From an uncultured virus (IMG/VR IMGVR_UViG_3300030330_006072) (Duplodnaviria > Heunggongvirae > Uroviricota > Caudoviricetes): 64,000 nt of DNA. The position numbers were made by a program, and so were the translations under genes. Each line of letters starts with the position of its first letter. Position 1 is the first letter of the stretch. The stretch lies in the IMG/VR virus record IMGVR_UViG_3300030330_006072; one strand, written 5' to 3'. The notes under the pieces are model-generated. The model saw nothing but the letters and a program-made list of their open reading frames with translations. It did not search any database and was not told the DNA's origin. This document shows, one piece after another, positions 29,704 to 39,902 of this stretch.

Positions 29704-30606
29704 ATGCGTTATATTAATTATGGTCGGACTCCCGACCAACAAAACTTAGTTACTAAAGGTACAAATCAAAATATATCTGTACAGAATGTTGTGACTTCTA
29801 CTTCTACTCCATCTAAGGGCATAGTTAAAAGCACCCAAACGGCAACAGTCAATCTAAAAGATGCTTTGAGCACCGATTTTGAGACGATAAAGCAACAAAT
29901 TACGTTTGGAGATCCTTATGCTACTGCATGCGTAGCGAACATTGCATATAAGCCCGCAAATAACAAAATGGCTCAAGATTTTTTAAAAAGAGAGCTTGAT
30001 CGTATTGATGAAGCATATCAAGAATCAATGGAGCAGCTAGAGACAGCGGATTTTGTCGTGGACTTGTGGAACACGATTGTAACATATATTGCTGCACCGA
30101 TTGTAACCCTTGTGGCAACACCTTTAGCAGCTAGCCTCGTTTTAGGTATTGGGGGACTAATCGGTCAAACAGCAAGCTTTGTAGTGGGAAAATTAAGGGA
30201 TGGCATCGAGCTTGGTATCGTTTCCCCCGACTTTTTAGACTACGTAGCTATGATAAATAAAGATCCAACATACTATGTAAAATATACAGAAGAATTGTCT
30301 AAAAAAAGTCCTAGTGAAAGATTCACAATTGCTCAAGTCCTTGTTCAAAACTACGAAGCTTTAAAACAGATGGGCAATCTTCCTTTTCCTATGGGATCTC
30401 TGATGCAAAATTCAGCAGCCTATCAAGGCACGTTGGCACGAATCGAGATAATGCTATCCGTTCTTTGTGATCTAAACCAACAAGATGCACAAGGCGGAGG
30501 CAACGGCAACGGGAACGGGAACGGGAATGGCAACGATGAGGGATCGGGAAAAGGACTTGTTATCGCTGCAATTGCGGCTTTGGTGGGTGGTGCTTTATTA
30601 CTTTAA
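29704..30606 (+). CDS. Membrane protein with an internal hydrophobic stretch and a C-terminal anchor
   Basis: IAAPIVTLVATPLAASLVLGIGGLIG; (GN)n linker then LVIAAIAALVGGALLL. Confidence 0.7.
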   Translation: MRYINYGRTPDQQNLVTKGTNQNISVQNVVTSTSTPSKGIVKSTQTATVNLKDALSTDFETIKQQITFGDPYATACVANIAYKPANNKMAQDFLKRELDRIDEAYQESMEQLETADFVVDLWNTIVTYIAAPIVTLVATPLAASLVLGIGGLIGQTASFVVGKLRDGIELGIVSPDFLDYVAMINKDPTYYVKYTEELSKKSPSERFTIAQVLVQNYEALKQMGNLPFPMGSLMQNSAAYQGTLARIEIMLSVLCDLNQQDAQGGGNGNGNGNGNGNDEGSGKGLVIAAIAALVGGALLL

Positions 30607-30662
30607 AACGACCACCAAGACGATCCAAAACCATAAAACGATCTTCTCTTCTGAAAAGACGT

Positions 30663-32360
30663 ATGAAGAGTACGTATAAGAAGAAGAAAAAGAAGAAGAA
30701 AAAGAGCCTTACAAAGAAGCAAAAGGCACTTTTAAAAGAAGAGTTACGACAATTAGGCGAAAGGCCCGCCCTAAGACAAACACAAATCGATGGCATTGCC
30801 TTCATTGAACGGTCTGATTTTAACTGTATCATTGCCGATTCGATGGGTACTGGAAAAACCGCACAAGTGCTTGTTGCAGTGGCTAAGAATGCAAAGCGGA
30901 TGTTTCCCGCCTTGGTTGTCTGTCCATCCTCTGTTGCTTGGAATTGGAGACGTGAAGCGTATCAGTGGATTCGTTCCTCAGTGCGATGTCACGTAGTAGA
31001 TGGAATGGAAGATAGACTTCCTTCTAAAACTCCACATATAACGGTTGTTTCGTGGGATTTATTGCATTATCGTATCGATGAACTCAAACAGAAAAAGTAT
31101 CGATGCATTATCGCAGATGAAGCACATTATGCCAAGAATCCAGAGAGTTTGAGAGCACAAGCGTTCTCTCAAATAGAAGTCAATCATCGTATTTTGATGA
31201 CTGGAACACCTTTGATTAACGCAAAGATCGAATTGGAGGCCCTTAAAGCCTTAATCCATACGGATAAAGATGTGCCTATATTGCGACGCTTATTAGATGA
31301 GGTTGCGCCCGAAATACCCCCCAAAACAAGAATTGTTTTTCCTGTCGAAATGGAACCCGCCTTGATACAAGAGTATCACGAAGTGGAACAAAGCTTTGGG
31401 GACTGGTTATCATCGTATCTTAGAAAGATATTTGGCGACAATACGGCAACCATCGATCACAAAATAGATTCAGCATTGAGAACCGAGAATCTAGCTAAGG
31501 TTTCGTACTTGAGGAGAATTGTGGGACGTGGTAAAATTCCCGCCTGTGCGACGTGGTGTAGGGAAATGATTCGTAGAAATCAGTCTGTATGTGTATACGG
31601 TGAGCACCAAGACATTTTGAATTTGTTTTGTGAAGCTCTCCGCAAGCTTGGAGTCGGACATGTTCGCATCGATGGATCGTCGGGAAGAACAGAGCGACAA
31701 ATAGCGATTGATACGTTCCAAAAAGGTATCATAAAGTGCTTTGTTGGAAGTCGAGCAGCAATAGAGGGTATCACACTAACAAAGGCGCAGCATTTGGCCT
31801 TTTTGGAGCGTTATTTTACCCCCGCAGCCGAGGAACAGGCCGAGGATAGAATTCGTCGTATTGGTCAAAACAAGGCTACAAAGATTTGGTATTTCACCGC
31901 ACAAGACACAATCGATGAACGTATTCAGAATATAATCGCTCGAAAGAGAAGAATTATAGAGAAGGAAATTGGGATCGAAGAAATAGCCGAGAAAGAGATA
32001 TTTGAAGTCTTTGATAAATGGAAGCGTGTAAAGGCTTTAAAGGGCCATGTAAAGCCTTTGAAAGAAGATCCAATGACAAAGATTAGTCTTCCTCCTCTTC
32101 CCAATCCCAAGTTTGTAAGAGGCATCTTCTTTGGGGTTAATTCGTGGAGTATTCCCCTAGTGCTCAAAGGATTAAGAGGAAAGGGCTTTAAAATCATTGA
32201 AATGCAAAACAAAGACGATCGGGTCTTTGTAAGCACCAGAGCACCAGAACAATTTAATAAGAAATCCATTCGTTTTATCGAGGTAAGCCCCGATCTTACA
32301 TGTGTTGTTGGAAAACCTGTTTCAAACGCTAAAAGAGTCAAAAACTACCGAAGACGATAA
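30663..32360 (+). CDS. SNF2-family ATPase/helicase
   Basis: DSMGTGKT, DEAH, TGTP, QAEDRIRRIGQ; poly-Lys N-terminus. Confidence 0.9.
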   Translation: MKSTYKKKKKKKKKSLTKKQKALLKEELRQLGERPALRQTQIDGIAFIERSDFNCIIADSMGTGKTAQVLVAVAKNAKRMFPALVVCPSSVAWNWRREAYQWIRSSVRCHVVDGMEDRLPSKTPHITVVSWDLLHYRIDELKQKKYRCIIADEAHYAKNPESLRAQAFSQIEVNHRILMTGTPLINAKIELEALKALIHTDKDVPILRRLLDEVAPEIPPKTRIVFPVEMEPALIQEYHEVEQSFGDWLSSYLRKIFGDNTATIDHKIDSALRTENLAKVSYLRRIVGRGKIPACATWCREMIRRNQSVCVYGEHQDILNLFCEALRKLGVGHVRIDGSSGRTERQIAIDTFQKGIIKCFVGSRAAIEGITLTKAQHLAFLERYFTPAAEEQAEDRIRRIGQNKATKIWYFTAQDTIDERIQNIIARKRRIIEKEIGIEEIAEKEIFEVFDKWKRVKALKGHVKPLKEDPMTKISLPPLPNPKFVRGIFFGVNSWSIPLVLKGLRGKGFKIIEMQNKDDRVFVSTRAPEQFNKKSIRFIEVSPDLTCVVGKPVSNAKRVKNYRRR

Positions 32361-32441
32361 CCCCCTACAGATCCTTTTGGTTCTTGATTTTACTATAAAA
32401 TTATCTTATTATAAAAATGATAATTTATTTTTGGAGTAATT

Positions 32442-32828
32442 ATGGCTGCTAATCTAGCATCATGCTTAACATTACGAGTATCAGATGAAGCCAATACAAC
32501 AGGAGCCACAACAATCGCAGTATCTGCTTTTGCTCCACAAGGATGCACAATCAGAGCAATAACCGTAGAGACTCAAGCGACAGCGGGCGGATCTGGTACA
32601 ATTGCTATCACAGGCGGAGGGAACACTCTCTTTGGGGGAGATGCAGCAACAACCACAAATGTCGCAAGAGTTGTCGGAGCTTATCAGATCCCTTTGACTG
32701 GTACAACTGCACATCTTTCCCTAGCAGCAAGCGATTCTATCGTAATCACTAGAGCAACTGCAAACAGCCAAAATGATTATACCTTCTATTTTGGGGATGC
32801 ATCTCCTTCTAGTGTCGCAACTAGCTAA
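32442..32828 (+). CDS. Small T/A/S/G-rich beta protein, putative virion component
   Basis: RBS ggag; preceded by a GATCCTTTTGG box and TTGATT-N17-TATTAT. Confidence 0.6.
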   Translation: MAANLASCLTLRVSDEANTTGATTIAVSAFAPQGCTIRAITVETQATAGGSGTIAITGGGNTLFGGDAATTTNVARVVGAYQIPLTGTTAHLSLAASDSIVITRATANSQNDYTFYFGDASPSSVATS

Positions 32829-32857
32829 AACATTTTTTCGTGATGGGCTAAGGCTCT

Positions 32858-32887
32858 GGAGGGGATGAGTTATAACTCATCCCCTCC
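32858..32887. terminator. Perfect 30-bp palindrome between convergent genes
   Basis: ggaggggatgagtta|taactcatcccctcc. Confidence 0.7.
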
Positions 32888-32909
32888 TTTACCACGTCTA
32901 AAGACTGTA

Positions 32910-33188
32910 TTATTTCTTCTTATTGTGCTTGACACGAACGTTCGAAATTTGAACCTGTTCGTGACAGTCTACGTTTTTAACCATTATTTCTTTATTGTAT
33001 CGCAGAAGAATAATTGCACCTTCTCCATTTGCGGACTTCTGATTTGCAAGGTCTACATCGAGAAGCTGTAAGCGTTCTTGAAGGGGAATTCCTTTTGCTT
33101 TAAAGAGAAAGATCGTAATGGGCCGATCAGTGATTTGATTAAATTGGTCTAGTATGTCGGAGTACGCTTGAGTTTTAAAAATAGACAT
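32910..33188 (-). CDS. Hypothetical protein
   Basis: RBS aaggag on the minus strand. Confidence 0.7.
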   Translation of the reverse strand: MSIFKTQAYSDILDQFNQITDRPITIFLFKAKGIPLQERLQLLDVDLANQKSANGEGAIILLRYNKEIMVKNVDCHEQVQISNVRVKHNKKK

Positions 33189-33307
33189 TGACTTCTCCTT
33201 GGGATGTCTTTAAGGTTCGAAAATTTTGAGTTTATTAGAGTTTGTCGATACATACCCTTATAAATCTAAAATTTTTGCATTTAATTTAGTTAAAAAATAT
33301 GAAATAA

Positions 33308-33337
33308 TTAAAGGCTTCTTTTAAAAGAAGCCTTTAA
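33308..33337. repeat. Perfect 30-bp palindrome
   Basis: ttaaaggcttctttt|aaaagaagcctttaa. Confidence 0.85.
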
Positions 33338-33356
33338 ACGAATGATTATAGTCCTG

Positions 33357-33554
33357 TTATGCTTTCTGGCAATTCTTGCATAAAGGTAATTTAGCTTCAA
33401 CAGAACGCTTCATGTCTGGATTGATACGAACCCAAAGGCCGCACTTGGTTTCAGCAGAGTCATAATTTCGCCAGTTGTATATGTGCTTTACTTTTTTGGA
33501 ATGATTGACGACTTTGATTTTTTTCTTCTTGAAGAAGGGATTTGGAATAATCAT
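33357..33554 (-). CDS. Small zinc-finger-like protein
   Basis: H...CG...CKNC; RBS aaagg. Confidence 0.6.
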   Translation of the reverse strand: MIIPNPFFKKKKIKVVNHSKKVKHIYNWRNYDSAETKCGLWVRINPDMKRSVEAKLPLCKNCQKA

Positions 33555-33688
33555 GGTTGTATACCTTTGTTTTAGACTGTATTGAGAGAATTTGCTCTCT
33601 CACATACTAAAGAAGGCTAGGTGCAAAATTTTTTTTCACCCTCGAACCATATTTTTTTATTTTTCTTTAAAATCAGCCGTATAAGCGT

Positions 33689-33874
33689 TTACATTGCAGC
33701 TTCTTGTATCATCCTTGTAATTTGGGAGGGTGTTTCTTTAACTGGAAAAGAGTGATTACCATTTAGAAATATCATAGTCTCTCTATCTTGTCTGTAGTAA
33801 GCGACTATTTGATCAACATTTATTATAAGTGGTTTTTTGGTATTAGTATACGCAGTGGTTAATTCAATGAACAT
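33689..33874 (-). CDS. FlbD-like small protein
   Basis: MFIELT...INVDQI...T.I...G....VKET..QI pattern; RBS aggag. Confidence 0.6.
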   Translation of the reverse strand: MFIELTTAYTNTKKPLIINVDQIVAYYRQDRETMIFLNGNHSFPVKETPSQITRMIQEAAM

Positions 33875-33937
33875 TATTTTATTCTCCTATATTTCATCTA
33901 ATATATAGCAAATAATTATGATGTTTGGCTAGTGTTT

Positions 33938-33962
33938 GAGGCTTATTTCTGAAATAAGCCTC
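33938..33962. promoter_or_regulatory. 12-bp inverted repeat with 1-nt spacer in a divergent intergenic region
   Basis: gaggcttatttc-t-gaaataagcctc upstream of the HTH gene; possible operator. Confidence 0.5.
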
Positions 33963-34051
33963 TCTTTCTTGGTCTTAGCTAAAATGTTGTCTTGAAAATA
34001 TAACATTTTCACGATAGTATTTTAACACACCAATTAAGGCTTTTACCAGTT

Positions 34052-34369
34052 ATGATCGAATATGCCCTTCTTGTTCATGGATTATTGATAATGCCCAAAA
34101 GACGCTATCCTTTGCTTTCTCGATGGCTCCAGAAGCATCAAATAGAGTACAATTGGACATATAAAGCCTTAGCGGAGCTTGTTGGAGTACACACAAACGT
34201 CATTTACCTCTATAAAAATGGCAAATGCTTCCCAATTGCAGCTAAAATCGGGCCTTTATCAAAGGGCCTTGCAAAAATGGAAGGAAATTCAGACGAAAGC
34301 CGATGGATGCACATCGCAATTGAGATTTTGACCATTGCCGAGATTGACCAAAGAAAGGATGCTACCTAA
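34052..34369 (+). CDS. XRE-family helix-turn-helix regulator
   Basis: WTYKALAELVGVHTNVIYLYKNGKCFP. Confidence 0.75.
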   Translation: MIEYALLVHGLLIMPKRRYPLLSRWLQKHQIEYNWTYKALAELVGVHTNVIYLYKNGKCFPIAAKIGPLSKGLAKMEGNSDESRWMHIAIEILTIAEIDQRKDAT

Positions 34370-34371
34370 AC

Positions 34372-35040
34372 ATGCGTAAAGAACCAAAAATAAACCTATA
34401 CAATCAAGATTGTATGGAAGCATTAAAAGAGTTTGAAGACGATTTTTTTGAATTGGCAATTGTCGATCCTCCTTATGGGATACATAACAGACTCACTACG
34501 ACCGATACAGTCCCCAATAAATCAAATCAATTTGCTTTGCGATATATGGAAAAGAATTGGGATAAATCTAGGCCCACCAAAGAGTACTTTTCTGAGCTTA
34601 GAAGAGTATCGAAAAATCAAATCATTTGGGGAGGCAATTATTTTGCGGATTTGTTGCCTCCTTCAAGAGGTTGGATTTGTTGGGACAAAATGCAAGATAA
34701 ATTCACATGCGTAAATAATGAGTTGGCATGGACTTCCTTTGATATAGGAATGAAAATGTTTCGTCGTATGCGAAATATGGATACTGGCTTTATGATAAGA
34801 GAACCCCACCAAAAGTTTATCCATCCTACACAAAAACCCTTGGAGCTTTATGTTTTTTGTCTCGAACAGTACGCAAAGAAGAAGGGTCGGATACTCGACA
34901 CACATCTTGGGTCGGGTTCATCGGCTATTGTGTGTGATATGCTTGGATTCGATATGTGGGGATATGAAATCGATAAGGACTACTACGAGGGTGCTTTGAA
35001 TCGATTTGACATGTACAAACAACAGTTGAGACTATTTTAA
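34372..35040 (+). CDS. Solitary N6A/N4C DNA methyltransferase (beta class)
   Basis: DPPY, HPTQKP, LDTHLGSGS, GYEID; ends QLRLF. Confidence 0.9.
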   Translation: MRKEPKINLYNQDCMEALKEFEDDFFELAIVDPPYGIHNRLTTTDTVPNKSNQFALRYMEKNWDKSRPTKEYFSELRRVSKNQIIWGGNYFADLLPPSRGWICWDKMQDKFTCVNNELAWTSFDIGMKMFRRMRNMDTGFMIREPHQKFIHPTQKPLELYVFCLEQYAKKKGRILDTHLGSGSSAIVCDMLGFDMWGYEIDKDYYEGALNRFDMYKQQLRLF

Positions 35041-35051
35041 GAGGGTAACAC

Positions 35052-35408
35052 ATGGTAAAGATGCAATGTCGAGAATGCAAGAACATATATGTAAGAGCCA
35101 CAAACGCACCTTATAAGAAGCTATGTCCGCCTTGCTACAAGAAACGCTATGCAATACCTCTTACAGACTCCGACAAGAGCCTTATAGCGGTCAATGAAGC
35201 GTACAAAGCCTTGACAATAAAGTCGGATACATTAAAATCCAAATACGAAGATTTGATCCATTCCTACGAAGCAATACAGCATAGAAGGCCCGATGATTTC
35301 TCTCTTCGTCTCAAAACCCTTTTGAGTCTATGTCATCCAGACAAGCACAATAACAACCAAACAGCAACGGAAATAACACAATGGCTACTCTCCAACAGAA
35401 GCAAATAA
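35052..35408 (+). CDS. Zinc finger plus C-terminal HPD (truncated J-domain-like) protein
   Basis: CREC...CPPC; LLSLCHPDKH. Confidence 0.6.
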   Translation: MVKMQCRECKNIYVRATNAPYKKLCPPCYKKRYAIPLTDSDKSLIAVNEAYKALTIKSDTLKSKYEDLIHSYEAIQHRRPDDFSLRLKTLLSLCHPDKHNNNQTATEITQWLLSNRSK

Positions 35409-35644
35409 GAATAAAACAGCTAACACGCATCATTGAGAACCATATCTCTTTATCGGCTACGCAGCTTAGGGGACAAGAGGGGAGTTTTCCCAATTCATCG
35501 ATTGAAAAGCATGTCGATTATCACACCAAAACCGAGTCATGGACTCCTTGGGAAATCCGACAAATCAAAGATGCAGTGATTAAGAATTGCCAAGAACATA
35601 GAAACAAATGCTTTCCTCCACAAATCCCCCTTTTTGGAGAATAA
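35381..35644 (+). CDS. Hypothetical protein ending in QIPLF
   Basis: Fills the operon gap; C-terminal clamp-motif-like peptide. Confidence 0.55.
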   Translation: MATLQQKQIRIKQLTRIIENHISLSATQLRGQEGSFPNSSIEKHVDYHTKTESWTPWEIRQIKDAVIKNCQEHRNKCFPPQIPLFGE

Positions 35645-35645
35645 A

Positions 35646-36245
35646 ATGCTTATTCACAAGTTAGACAAACCATTGTGTTTTGTAGACGTAGAAACAACAG
35701 GACTTGATGTCGATAGACACGAAATCATATCGTTTTGTGGTATAAAGCACGATCCAAACACACAAAAGAGAACAGAATTGTCTTTAAAGATTCGAGTACA
35801 ACGACCACATCTTATAGATCCAGAAGCCGTTAAGGTTAATGGATACAATCCCCAAGATTGGGCGACTGCGATCGCCCCCTCCGAGGCCAAAGAACGCATT
35901 TTTAATTTTCTTAATGGATGTTTATTGGTCGGTCACAACGTAGCTTTTGACTGGAAGTTTCTCTTTTCTTTCTTCAACCAGTTGGGACAGCATCCCCCTA
36001 TCGTATATCGCAAAATAGATACGGTTACATTGGCACATGAACATTTGGTTCCTTGTGGTCTAAAGTCCTTATCTTTAGACTCTATAAGAAGCTTTTTGGG
36101 TATCCCTGTTCATCCTTTTCATAGCGCAAGACAAGACGCTTTAGATTGTGAGCGTGTATATCGCAAACTTATCCGAGCAACAGCCTTAAATCGGTTGTGG
36201 TGGCGACTAAATAACAGAACAAGGGTGTATCCATGTCAGACATAG
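35646..36245 (+). CDS. DEDDh 3'-5' exonuclease (DnaQ-like)
   Basis: DVETTG, GHNVAFD, HSARQDA. Confidence 0.9.
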   Translation: MLIHKLDKPLCFVDVETTGLDVDRHEIISFCGIKHDPNTQKRTELSLKIRVQRPHLIDPEAVKVNGYNPQDWATAIAPSEAKERIFNFLNGCLLVGHNVAFDWKFLFSFFNQLGQHPPIVYRKIDTVTLAHEHLVPCGLKSLSLDSIRSFLGIPVHPFHSARQDALDCERVYRKLIRATALNRLWWRLNNRTRVYPCQT

Positions 36246-36330
36246 CCCTTGTACCCTTTATGTATGGTTTTGCATGCATTTTACTAATTACAATTACCTT
36301 AATTTGGGACTACCAAAGGAGAAAATAAAA

Positions 36331-36723
36331 ATGAAAATCGTTAACCCAAATGAAATTAAAACCGAGATAAAATCTATTCCAGAAAGTATACAAATATTGT
36401 CAGCAGCAGCAGCAGATATTTACGTAGAATTCAACACCGATCACGACGATCCAGATCCTTCTGTAGTCAATGCAGCATGTGAACTTGAATTGGAGATTCT
36501 TAAAATTATATCTACAATGGTTCCGAGTGCTTCGTCAAAGAAGCTTATAGAGATCGCCAACAACATAGCGGAGATATTGGATGGGCCATCAAACTTGAGA
36601 AAGTATTTTTGCTCCGAGGATATGCAAATCAATGCATTGTCTTTTTTGCTCTTATGCTTCTCCTTTAACATGGAAGAAGTATCTACCGATCCAGAAGAAG
36701 AGAAGTCCGATGCCGTTGTATGA
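36331..36723 (+). CDS. Hypothetical acidic protein
   Basis: RBS aaaggag before ATG 36331. Confidence 0.7.
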   Translation: MKIVNPNEIKTEIKSIPESIQILSAAAADIYVEFNTDHDDPDPSVVNAACELELEILKIISTMVPSASSKKLIEIANNIAEILDGPSNLRKYFCSEDMQINALSFLLLCFSFNMEEVSTDPEEEKSDAVV

Positions 36724-36916
36724 GTACAAATGTACCAAATGTAACCATAAGATCGAGATAATCAGTGGATACGATAGCCCAAATCCATCCTGTCCCAAAT
36801 GCAAAGAGAATGTCGAAATGAAGAAGCTCATATCGAGGACTTCTTTTTCTCTAAAGGGGACAGGATGGTACAAAGATCATTATGGTTTAAAGGACTCTAA
36901 GGACTCAAAACAATAA
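36710..36916 (+). CDS. FmdB-family zinc-ribbon protein
   Basis: MPLYEYKCTKC...CPKC...KLIS...FSLKGTGWY. Confidence 0.85.
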   Translation: MPLYEYKCTKCNHKIEIISGYDSPNPSCPKCKENVEMKKLISRTSFSLKGTGWYKDHYGLKDSKDSKQ

Positions 36917-37297
36917 TTGCACAACCAAGATATTTGTATAGAAGACGCAAAGATGCCATAGTGAATGACATCTTTTGTAATATTCGGCATCGCTTTGTAT
37001 GTCTCCATATCGCTTGATAATCAATGTCAGTAGTGCAAGAAGAGTTAGGACTACAGCATTGAACAAGCTTAGATGCACGTATATCGTCCCAAGAACAACC
37101 AGAAGAGACAAAGAAGCAAAGAAGATGTCTAAACGTTTCCAGTAGGTGTTTTTGGGGAATCTATGATACTGCAAAGAACAGATCGCAGTGATTAAAAATA
37201 GGATACCTAATACTCTAAACCCAATTGCTGCATAACAGACTGCATTTAGGAAGAAGAGTAAATTCGTATATACAAGAGGATCTTTCCAACTAACCAT
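36905..37297 (-). CDS. Multi-pass membrane protein with CREST-superfamily-like motifs
   Basis: SLQYH, WKRLD and HSLWH placed at ends of TM helices. Confidence 0.6.
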   Translation of the reverse strand: MVSWKDPLVYTNLLFFLNAVCYAAIGFRVLGILFLITAICSLQYHRFPKNTYWKRLDIFFASLSLLVVLGTIYVHLSLFNAVVLTLLALLTLIIKRYGDIQSDAEYYKRCHSLWHLCVFYTNILVVQLLF

Positions 37298-37441
37298 ATT
37301 TCTTTATACCTTATATATAGTATATAATTTTACTACTAATTAAAAGGATCATCTTTCAGTGATCCTTTTGTCAATTGCTATATTCTCATCTGCTGTCTTA
37401 TACTAATAGAGAGTTTTTATCAATTTATTTAGGAGGCTATT

Positions 37442-39784
37442 TTGGCTACATATAAAGGTATTGGGTACGATTCAACCAACGCAAAGAATCGAACAGGTAC
37501 ATCGAGCGATACAATTGCATTTGACACTGGCATGTCTGTTGCGGGGAATCTTGAGGTAACAGGGAACATTATATCAAGGGATGAAGAACGAGTTTTAGTG
37601 CAAGACAACTTCTTGGACATCAACTTTGGATATACAACGGTTGCGGGGCTAGAAGGGGGTTTGGCTGCAAACTATCTTCCTACGAATACGGGACGCACGA
37701 TTAACTCTACGTCGGCAAATATTACGTTTGCTGCTGCAAGTGGAGCCACACGTCCTACTCTATCAGTGGCACAGGCCCAACTTCCAGCGGGGACGTTCTC
37801 ATCGGGTGATCTGATTCAAATTGCGGGTACAACCAGAGCAGAGAATGATGGTTTTTATATTGTTAATTCTCTTACAGATGCAGATCCCGCAGTACTTAGT
37901 ATCAAATCAACGGCTATTACATCCCCCGATAGTATTAGTGCAAAATTTGCACAAATTAATTTTACAGCCGAAACAGAAAGTAGTTCAACATCCGTTACTA
38001 TTACCAAAGTCAATGTGGCTGCATTACAAGTCTCGACAGCGGGTGCTTGGCAAGTGGCGAATGGATCGGTGGACAGCAGTTTTAATTCGTTTACCAATCT
38101 AGGTATATCCACATTGCAACAAGCCTATGATGCGGGAAATAGCATAACAACAGATGCAAGCGGGGATATACTCTTCACACTGTCCGCAAATTCGCAAGGA
38201 TTCTCCGTACAAGGTGGTTCGAGTGGTACAGGTGGGGTATCGATTGGTGGTGATACTGCTGTAAACTCCTATTCCTTTAATGCGTCTGGTGGTGCAAGTA
38301 CAATCAATTCTACTGGTCAAAACCTCACTGTTAGTACTACTACAAGCGGTTCTCTGTCTGTAACTTCAGCGGGTACTCTTGCCGTTACTGGTGCTTCTAC
38401 TTCTACGTTTGGTGATGACACTGCTGTTTGGTCTTTCGATGGGTCGGGTGCTGTTTCTGAAACAGGAATGACAACTTTCGAATTGACTCCAAGTGCGGGA
38501 GTAACCATAACAGGCGGTTCAACATGTGCCATTGCTGCTACTTCTGGTAGTGCTCTAACATTAGGTGATGGGGTTCTCACTTTATCGGCTACATCGGGAG
38601 CTTTGAGCGAGAGTGGATTGACCAGTCTTGATCTTTCTGGTACTGGTACTATGAATTTGACAGGTGGTGGAGTATCAACATTCGGTGATGACACTGCTGT
38701 TTGGCGGTTCGATGGTGCGGGTGCTGTTTCTGAAACAGGAATGACAACATTCTCTCTGACTCCTTCTTCTAGTGTAGCAATAACAGGTGGTTCAACATGT
38801 GCCATTGCCTCTACTTCTGGCAGTGCAATGACTGTAAGTGATGGTGTGCTCACTTTATCCGCTACATCGGGAGCTTTAACAGAGAGTGGATTAACAAACT
38901 TGGATCTCTCTGGTAGTGGTACGGTTAATATCGTAGGTGGTGGAGTATCGACATTTGGTGACGATACAGCCGTTTGGCGGTTCGATGGTGCGGGTGCATT
39001 GAGCGAAACAGGGATGACAACATTCTCTTTGACTCCTTCCTCTACTGTCGACATTGATGCAGCGGGGGGAATCACTATTGATGGATCTTCATTGCTTATC
39101 GGAGATGATGGCGACACAGCGGGAATTAGTGTATTGTCTACTGGTGGCAATCTGACTTTAGAGACTGGAACGTCTGGTAACATTACCATTACCTCAGTCG
39201 CTGCATTCTCAGCTACCTCTACAACTTATGATATCGATTCTTCTGGAGCCTTTACTCTTGATGCAGCGACCGTAACAATTGGTGGTGATGGCGACACTGG
39301 AGCGATAAATCTCATGGCAACCAGTGCAGATATCAAACTATCAGCAGAGGGAGCTTCCAATAAGGCACAAATCGCCTCCACATTCCCCCAACTCGTTCGC
39401 TCCTTTACCTCGAATGATGCATCCTTAGCGGCAAAAGATTGTGTTGTATTTGTAAACAGTGGCGGATCTGTACGTGTGAGTCGATCAGATGCAGATGCTT
39501 CTTCTAGTGCTCAGTTTATCGGTGTTTCTTTGGATACAGCGGGTGCGGGAGCAGCAGCAGATATCGTAGTAAGCGGTATTGTAACCATTACATGTGATGA
39601 TTCATTTGTTGCGGGCAACCATATCGGAAAACCTGTTTATCTTAGCGTAAATGCGGGCAATGTAAGCGTTTCACCTCCTACTGGATCTGGAGACGTTGTA
39701 TATCAAGTTGGTATTTGTGTAGATGGATCGTCTAACGATTGGAATATTCTTCTTCAGCCACAATTTATTATGGAAATCGGTTAA
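37442..39784 (+). CDS. Large G/S/T-rich virion surface (spike/fibre-like) protein
   Basis: TTG start after aggagg; internal 91-aa repeats; C-terminal domain similar to that of 62606..63646. Confidence 0.7.
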   Translation: MATYKGIGYDSTNAKNRTGTSSDTIAFDTGMSVAGNLEVTGNIISRDEERVLVQDNFLDINFGYTTVAGLEGGLAANYLPTNTGRTINSTSANITFAAASGATRPTLSVAQAQLPAGTFSSGDLIQIAGTTRAENDGFYIVNSLTDADPAVLSIKSTAITSPDSISAKFAQINFTAETESSSTSVTITKVNVAALQVSTAGAWQVANGSVDSSFNSFTNLGISTLQQAYDAGNSITTDASGDILFTLSANSQGFSVQGGSSGTGGVSIGGDTAVNSYSFNASGGASTINSTGQNLTVSTTTSGSLSVTSAGTLAVTGASTSTFGDDTAVWSFDGSGAVSETGMTTFELTPSAGVTITGGSTCAIAATSGSALTLGDGVLTLSATSGALSESGLTSLDLSGTGTMNLTGGGVSTFGDDTAVWRFDGAGAVSETGMTTFSLTPSSSVAITGGSTCAIASTSGSAMTVSDGVLTLSATSGALTESGLTNLDLSGSGTVNIVGGGVSTFGDDTAVWRFDGAGALSETGMTTFSLTPSSTVDIDAAGGITIDGSSLLIGDDGDTAGISVLSTGGNLTLETGTSGNITITSVAAFSATSTTYDIDSSGAFTLDAATVTIGGDGDTGAINLMATSADIKLSAEGASNKAQIASTFPQLVRSFTSNDASLAAKDCVVFVNSGGSVRVSRSDADASSSAQFIGVSLDTAGAGAAADIVVSGIVTITCDDSFVAGNHIGKPVYLSVNAGNVSVSPPTGSGDVVYQVGICVDGSSNDWNILLQPQFIMEIG
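38400..39045 (+). repeat. 273-bp (91-aa) internal tandem repeats
   Basis: FGDDTAVWxFDGxGAxSETGMTTFxLTPS starts at 38408, 38681 and 38954. Confidence 0.9.
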
Positions 39785-39830
39785 TAGTTTTCTGGCAAAA
39801 CAAAAACGCTTCTCCTTGGGTGTTTTTGTT

Positions 39831-39868
39831 AAGGTGGGCAAGTCGTGGTACACTTGCCCACCTTTTTT
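39831..39868 (+). terminator. Rho-independent terminator
   Basis: aaggtgggcaagt-N8-acttgcccacctt plus Ts. Confidence 0.8.
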
Positions 39869-39902
39869 GTTATAATAATGTATAAAATTATAGGAGGATA
39901 AA

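Noticed and set aside
38317..39189. 290-aa antisense ORF and other shadow ORFs (7696, 13594, 39671, 40574, 56743)
   Set aside because: They lie opposite stronger ORFs with RBS and motifs, and are explained by codon bias and repeats
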